DNA of 64,000 nt from contig MTMF02000009.1 in NCBI GenBank assembly GCA_002011125.2, forward strand, positions 396,006 to 460,005. Reading direction: 5' to 3'. Every line of letters starts with the position of its first letter. The first letter of the stretch is position 1. Source of the DNA: Candidatus Hydrothermarchaeum profundi. Its GTDB lineage: Archaea > Hydrothermarchaeota > Hydrothermarchaeia > Hydrothermarchaeales > Hydrothermarchaeaceae. The translations under genes were made by a program, and so were the position numbers. Shown here in pieces: positions 57,701-64,000 of this stretch. The notes below the pieces were generated by a model, which was given only the letters and a program-made list of their open reading frames with translations, was not told the origin of the DNA and ran no database searches.

Positions 57701-59077
57701 TCACAATTGCCTAATTTCATTTAATAGCCGGGTACATACTTCACGAGCATCCCCAAAAAGCATCATTGTATTCTTTTTATAAAATAACTCATTATCTATT
57801 CCTGCGTATCCCGGGTTGAGGCTACGCTTTATTACAATAATATTATGAGCTTTGTCTACATCTAAGATAGGCATACCATACAGAGGGCTATTAACATCGT
57901 GACGAGCTACAGGATTTACAATATCATTTGCACCAACAACTAAAACAACATCAGTTCTACTAAACTCAGGGTTAATTTCCTCCATGCTATACATTTTATC
58001 ATAGGGGACCTCTGCTTCAGCAAGCAAAACATTCATATGCCCCGGCATTCTCCCAGCAACTGGATGAATTGCAAACTTAACTTCTACTCCTCGTTTCTCA
58101 AGCTGTTCAGCGATCTCGCTTACCACATGCTGTGCTCTCGCTGCAGCCATACCATACCCTGGAACTATAACTAGAGAACGAGCATACACTAACATAGTTG
58201 CTGCTTCCTCAATTCCAATTGAGTTAACGTTCTTTTCTTCAGATTTAAAAGATACTCCTCTATCTTCAAAAACACCAAACAATATATTTTTTAATGAACG
58301 ATTCATCGCTTTACTCATAATCCTTGTGAGTATAATACCTGAAGCTCCAACAAGTGCGCCTGAGATAATTAAAATATTATTCATAATTACAAACCCGGTC
58401 GCAGAAGCTGCGATCCCTGAAAAAGAATTCAGGAGAGCTATCGCTACTGGCATATCAGCTCCTCCTATCGGAATTACGAATAATATACCTAAAACTAATG
58501 AAAGCCCGATGAGAAAAAGAAATATTAATGGTTCTCTGCGAAGCATGATAAGATATCCTGACCCAATGAGAAAAGATAAGAATAATGATACGCTAAAATA
58601 CTGGTGAAGAGGGATTTTTATTGGTTTCAATGAAATTATTTTTTGTAATTTTCCAAATGCGATCATACTACCTGAAAAGGTAATCCCGCCTATAAATAGC
58701 CCGAGTACTATAGTGACTAACATATAAGGAGGTATAAAATCCTCCTTGGACATCCAAAACTCTCCAACTGAGATAATTGCAGACGCTCCTCCCCCAAAAC
58801 CATTAAAAAGTCCTACCATTTGAGGCATTGCAGTCATTTTCACTTTCTTAGCTGCAATTGCCCCCAGAATAGATCCTATAATTAGTCCAAGTAAAATAAT
58901 TTGATAATCTATTATAGACTTATTTAAAAGTGTTACTACTATAGCAATAAACATTCCGGTAGAGGCACGTAAGTTGCCTCTGCGAGCAGTTATTGGAGAA
59001 CCTAAGTCATGTAAACCGATAATGAATAGCGAGGCAGAAACAAGGTATGCTATCTCTACTAATGCTTGAACGTTCAT
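57701..59077 (-). CDS. pntB: NAD(P) transhydrogenase beta subunit
   Basis: MTAMPQMV, IGGADMPV, VPGYGMA, HPVAGRMPGHMNVLLAEA, GANDIVNP. Confidence 0.97.
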   Translation of the reverse strand: MNVQALVEIAYLVSASLFIIGLHDLGSPITARRGNLRASTGMFIAIVVTLLNKSIIDYQIILLGLIIGSILGAIAAKKVKMTAMPQMVGLFNGFGGGASAIISVGEFWMSKEDFIPPYMLVTIVLGLFIGGITFSGSMIAFGKLQKIISLKPIKIPLHQYFSVSLFLSFLIGSGYLIMLRREPLIFLFLIGLSLVLGILFVIPIGGADMPVAIALLNSFSGIAASATGFVIMNNILIISGALVGASGIILTRIMSKAMNRSLKNILFGVFEDRGVSFKSEEKNVNSIGIEEAATMLVYARSLVIVPGYGMAAARAQHVVSEIAEQLEKRGVEVKFAIHPVAGRMPGHMNVLLAEAEVPYDKMYSMEEINPEFSRTDVVLVVGANDIVNPVARHDVNSPLYGMPILDVDKAHNIIVIKRSLNPGYAGIDNELFYKKNTMMLFGDAREVCTRLLNEIRQL

Positions 59078-59361
59078 TCCCTTCCCCTTTTGAACATTTT
59101 AAGCATACGGTCTGTAACCAAGAATCCTCCTACTACATTTATAGTTGCAAGTATTATAGCTAATAGCCCTAATATCTTCAAAGCTCCTTTTTCCTGAGAA
59201 CCCGCCGTTACTAGAGCTCCTATTAATACTATCCCAGAGATAGCATTTGCACCTGACATAAGGGGAGTATGGAGCGTAGGAGGAACCTTTCTAATAACTT
59301 CAAATCCAACAAATATTGCCAAAATAAAAATATACAAGCCTGTTATTATTGCATCAACCAT
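59074..59361 (-). CDS. pntAB: NAD(P) transhydrogenase alpha-2 membrane subunit
   Basis: VPPTLHTPLMSGANAISG, NVVGGFLVTDRML. Confidence 0.95.
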   Translation of the reverse strand: MVDAIITGLYIFILAIFVGFEVIRKVPPTLHTPLMSGANAISGIVLIGALVTAGSQEKGALKILGLLAIILATINVVGGFLVTDRMLKMFKRGRE

Positions 59362-59374
59362 TTAGTCGCTTCAC

Positions 59375-60511
59375 CTACTGAACTTCGCCTAACTTTCTTA
59401 GAACTTCCTCATTCCTAATCACGCCGTTGTATACAATGCAAGACCTATTTATTATTTCATCAGCAAAGTCTATTCTTAATTTGCCATCCCTTACTATATA
59501 TTGTAAAAAGGAAGATATGTTATTTGAGTACATTTCACTAGCATGAACTTGCATTGAGGAAGGTAAATTAATAGCTCCTATGATTTTGACTCCATTATAA
59601 ACTACCTCTTTTCCAGCTATAGTTAACTCGCAATTACCGCCTCGTTCTGCAGCCAAATCTACTATCACCGATCCGGGCTTCATCTTTTTAACCATGTCTT
59701 TTGTTATAAGCACTGGCGCTTTTTTCCCATAAACCGAAGCAGTCGTTATTATGACATCGTACATTTCTATATATTGAGCTAATATCTCTTGTTCACGAAT
59801 TTTAGTCTCTTCAGAGACCTCCTTTATATAACCCTCTTCATCAGAATTTTCTTTAACTATAGTTATTTCTAAGAACTTTGCTCCAACGCTTTCGACTTCC
59901 TCTTTTACTTCAGGCCTTACATCAAAAGCCTCTACAACAGCCCCTAAACGCTTAGCTGTTGCTATCGCCTGTAGGCCTGCAACACCTGCTCCTATGACCA
60001 AAACTTTAATAGGCACAGTAGTTCCTGCCGCTGTTATCATCATGGGAAAAAGCTTTCCAATCGAATCTGCTGCAATTATAACGGACTTGTATCCTGCTAG
60101 ATTAGCTTGCGATGTTAAAGCATCCATATTTTGGGCTCTACTTATTCTTGGTATCATATCCATGCTAAAAGTGTTAATATTCCTAGATGCCAAAAGCTTG
60201 ACCAATTTTAGATTTACAAAGGGATCAATAAAACCTATAATAGTAGAACCGGACCGAAGCGTTTCTATTTCCTTCTGCCTAGGGGGTCTAATCTTTAGTA
60301 TAATATCAGATTCCCCCCAGATTTTTTTTACATCAGAAATGATTTGAGCGCCCATCTCAACATACTGATAGTCATAAAAAAATGATTTTTCTCCAGCCCC
60401 TGATTCTACCCATACCTTGAATCTTTTTTTTAAAAGTTTGCTTACCGCTGATGGAACCAAAGCAACTCTATTTTCTCCGGGATCTACTTCTTTTGGAACC
60501 GCTATAATCAT
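59375..60511 (-). CDS. pntAA: NAD(P) transhydrogenase alpha-1 (NAD-binding) subunit
   Basis: VPKE..ENRVAL, PRISRAQ.MD, GAGVAGLQAIATA, VDLAAERGGNC. Confidence 0.95.
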   Translation of the reverse strand: MIIAVPKEVDPGENRVALVPSAVSKLLKKRFKVWVESGAGEKSFFYDYQYVEMGAQIISDVKKIWGESDIILKIRPPRQKEIETLRSGSTIIGFIDPFVNLKLVKLLASRNINTFSMDMIPRISRAQNMDALTSQANLAGYKSVIIAADSIGKLFPMMITAAGTTVPIKVLVIGAGVAGLQAIATAKRLGAVVEAFDVRPEVKEEVESVGAKFLEITIVKENSDEEGYIKEVSEETKIREQEILAQYIEMYDVIITTASVYGKKAPVLITKDMVKKMKPGSVIVDLAAERGGNCELTIAGKEVVYNGVKIIGAINLPSSMQVHASEMYSNNISSFLQYIVRDGKLRIDFADEIINRSCIVYNGVIRNEEVLRKLGEVQ

Positions 60512-60592
60512 TTTATTTCACCTTATATTCAAAATATTCTTAGGATGTATAAAAAAATTCATAAAAAATTTGAAATACCCTCGCGATAAAAT

Positions 60593-61863
60593 ATGGCTAT
60601 GAAATTTGAAAAATTAGAACCTCCAAGCGATGGTAAAAGAATAAGAGTTAAGAAAGGTAAACTCATCGTCCCTGATAACCCAATAATACCAGTAATTTAT
60701 GGTGACGGCATAGGTCCTGAAGTAGTAGAAGTTGCTATTAATGTTCTTTCAGCGGCCGTAGATCACGCTTATCAAGGAAATAAAAAGATAAAATGGCTTG
60801 AAGTATTTGCAGGGAATAGGGCTAAAGAACTTTATGGAGAACTATTACCAGAAGAAACATTAAAGGCCATAAAGCACTATTGTGTAGCTTTGAAGGGTCC
60901 TTTAACAACCCCTATAGGAGGAGGTTTTAGAAGTCTAAATGTTACATTACGTCAGACGTTAGATCTTTATGCCTGTGTGAGACCTGTCTATTATCTAGAA
61001 GGGGTTCCTAGCCCAGTAAAACATCCTGAAAAAATGAATATAGTTATTTTTAGGGAAAATACTGAGGATGTTTACGCTGGTATTGAGTGGAAGAAAGATA
61101 GTGAAGATGCAAAAAAAATTATAGAGTTCTTATACCAAGAATTTGGAATAAGAATTAGGGAAGACTCTGGTATAGGAGTGAAACCGATCAGCGAGTTTGG
61201 AACAAAGAGGCTGGTAAGAAAAGCTATTCAATATGCTATAGATATGAGGAGGAAAAGTGTGACCCTTGTTCACAAAGGGAATATCATGAAATATACAGAA
61301 GGTGCTTTTAGGGACTGGGGATATGAAGTTGCGAAAGATGAATTTGACGACAGGATTATTACCGAACAAGAACTGTGGGAGAAATACGATGGAAAACAGC
61401 CTGAAGAAAAGATTGTAATAAAAGATAGACTTGCTGATAACATGTTCCAACAAATTCTTACTAGGACTGAGGAATATGATGTATTAGCGATGCCAAATTT
61501 GAATGGAGATTACTTTAGTGATGCCGCTGCAGCTCAGGTGGGAGGCCTTGGAGTAGCCCCTGGGGGAAATATTGGGGACTACATTGGTATATTCGAAGCT
61601 ACACATGGCACTGCCCCAAAATATGCTGGACTTAATAAAGTAAATCCAATATCAATTATACTATCTGGAGTAATGATGCTTGAATATATAGGATGGAACG
61701 AAGCAGCCAAACTAATAGTTAAAGGAATTAAAAAAACGGTTAAACAGAAATTAGTAACCTACGACCTCGCAAGACAGATGAAAGATGCAACCGAAGTTAA
61801 AACTGCAGAATTCGGTAATTATGTAATAAAAAATATAAAAGAGACAAAACTTTTTAAGAGAAT

Positions 61864-61867
<4 letters not shown>
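60593..61867 (+). CDS. icd: Isocitrate dehydrogenase (E. coli-type, NADP-dependent family)
   Basis: [50 protein letters not shown]. Confidence 0.95.

Positions 61868-64000
<2,133 letters not shown>

Overview
AT-rich, densely coding archaeal chromosomal segment. PCNA, PriS/PriL, RPA14, ABCE1, Nre, an LrpA/Ptr2 regulator and Fae-Hps point to a euryarchaeote-type anaerobe; a Methanomada/Thermococci/Hydrothermarchaeota-like lineage is an inference. Most genes are housekeeping: purSLQ, hisFH, pdxST, thrC, nadE, mdh, icd, a homocitrate/isopropylmalate-type pathway, RuMP genes, pntAAB, TrkH and an ABC exporter. I recognised no tRNA, rRNA, CRISPR array or transposase. Five things stand out. (1) A 909-aa Zn-ribbon/TPR/degenerate KaiC-ATPase/TM/large ectodomain protein sits next to an intact KaiC-like ATPase, a candidate transmembrane signalling pair. 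(2) A CysRS paralog with altered Zn ligands and no anticodon-binding domain lies inside pdxS-pdxT. (3) PriL is fused to an RPA-type Zn-finger OB domain in an RPA14-PCNA-priL-priS cluster. (4) A PyrD/PyrK pair has Tyr in place of the catalytic Cys and other substrate-site changes. (5) nreA is head-to-head with a wHTH-fused LigD-like Prim-Pol. All calls come from motif recognition by eye; no searches were run.
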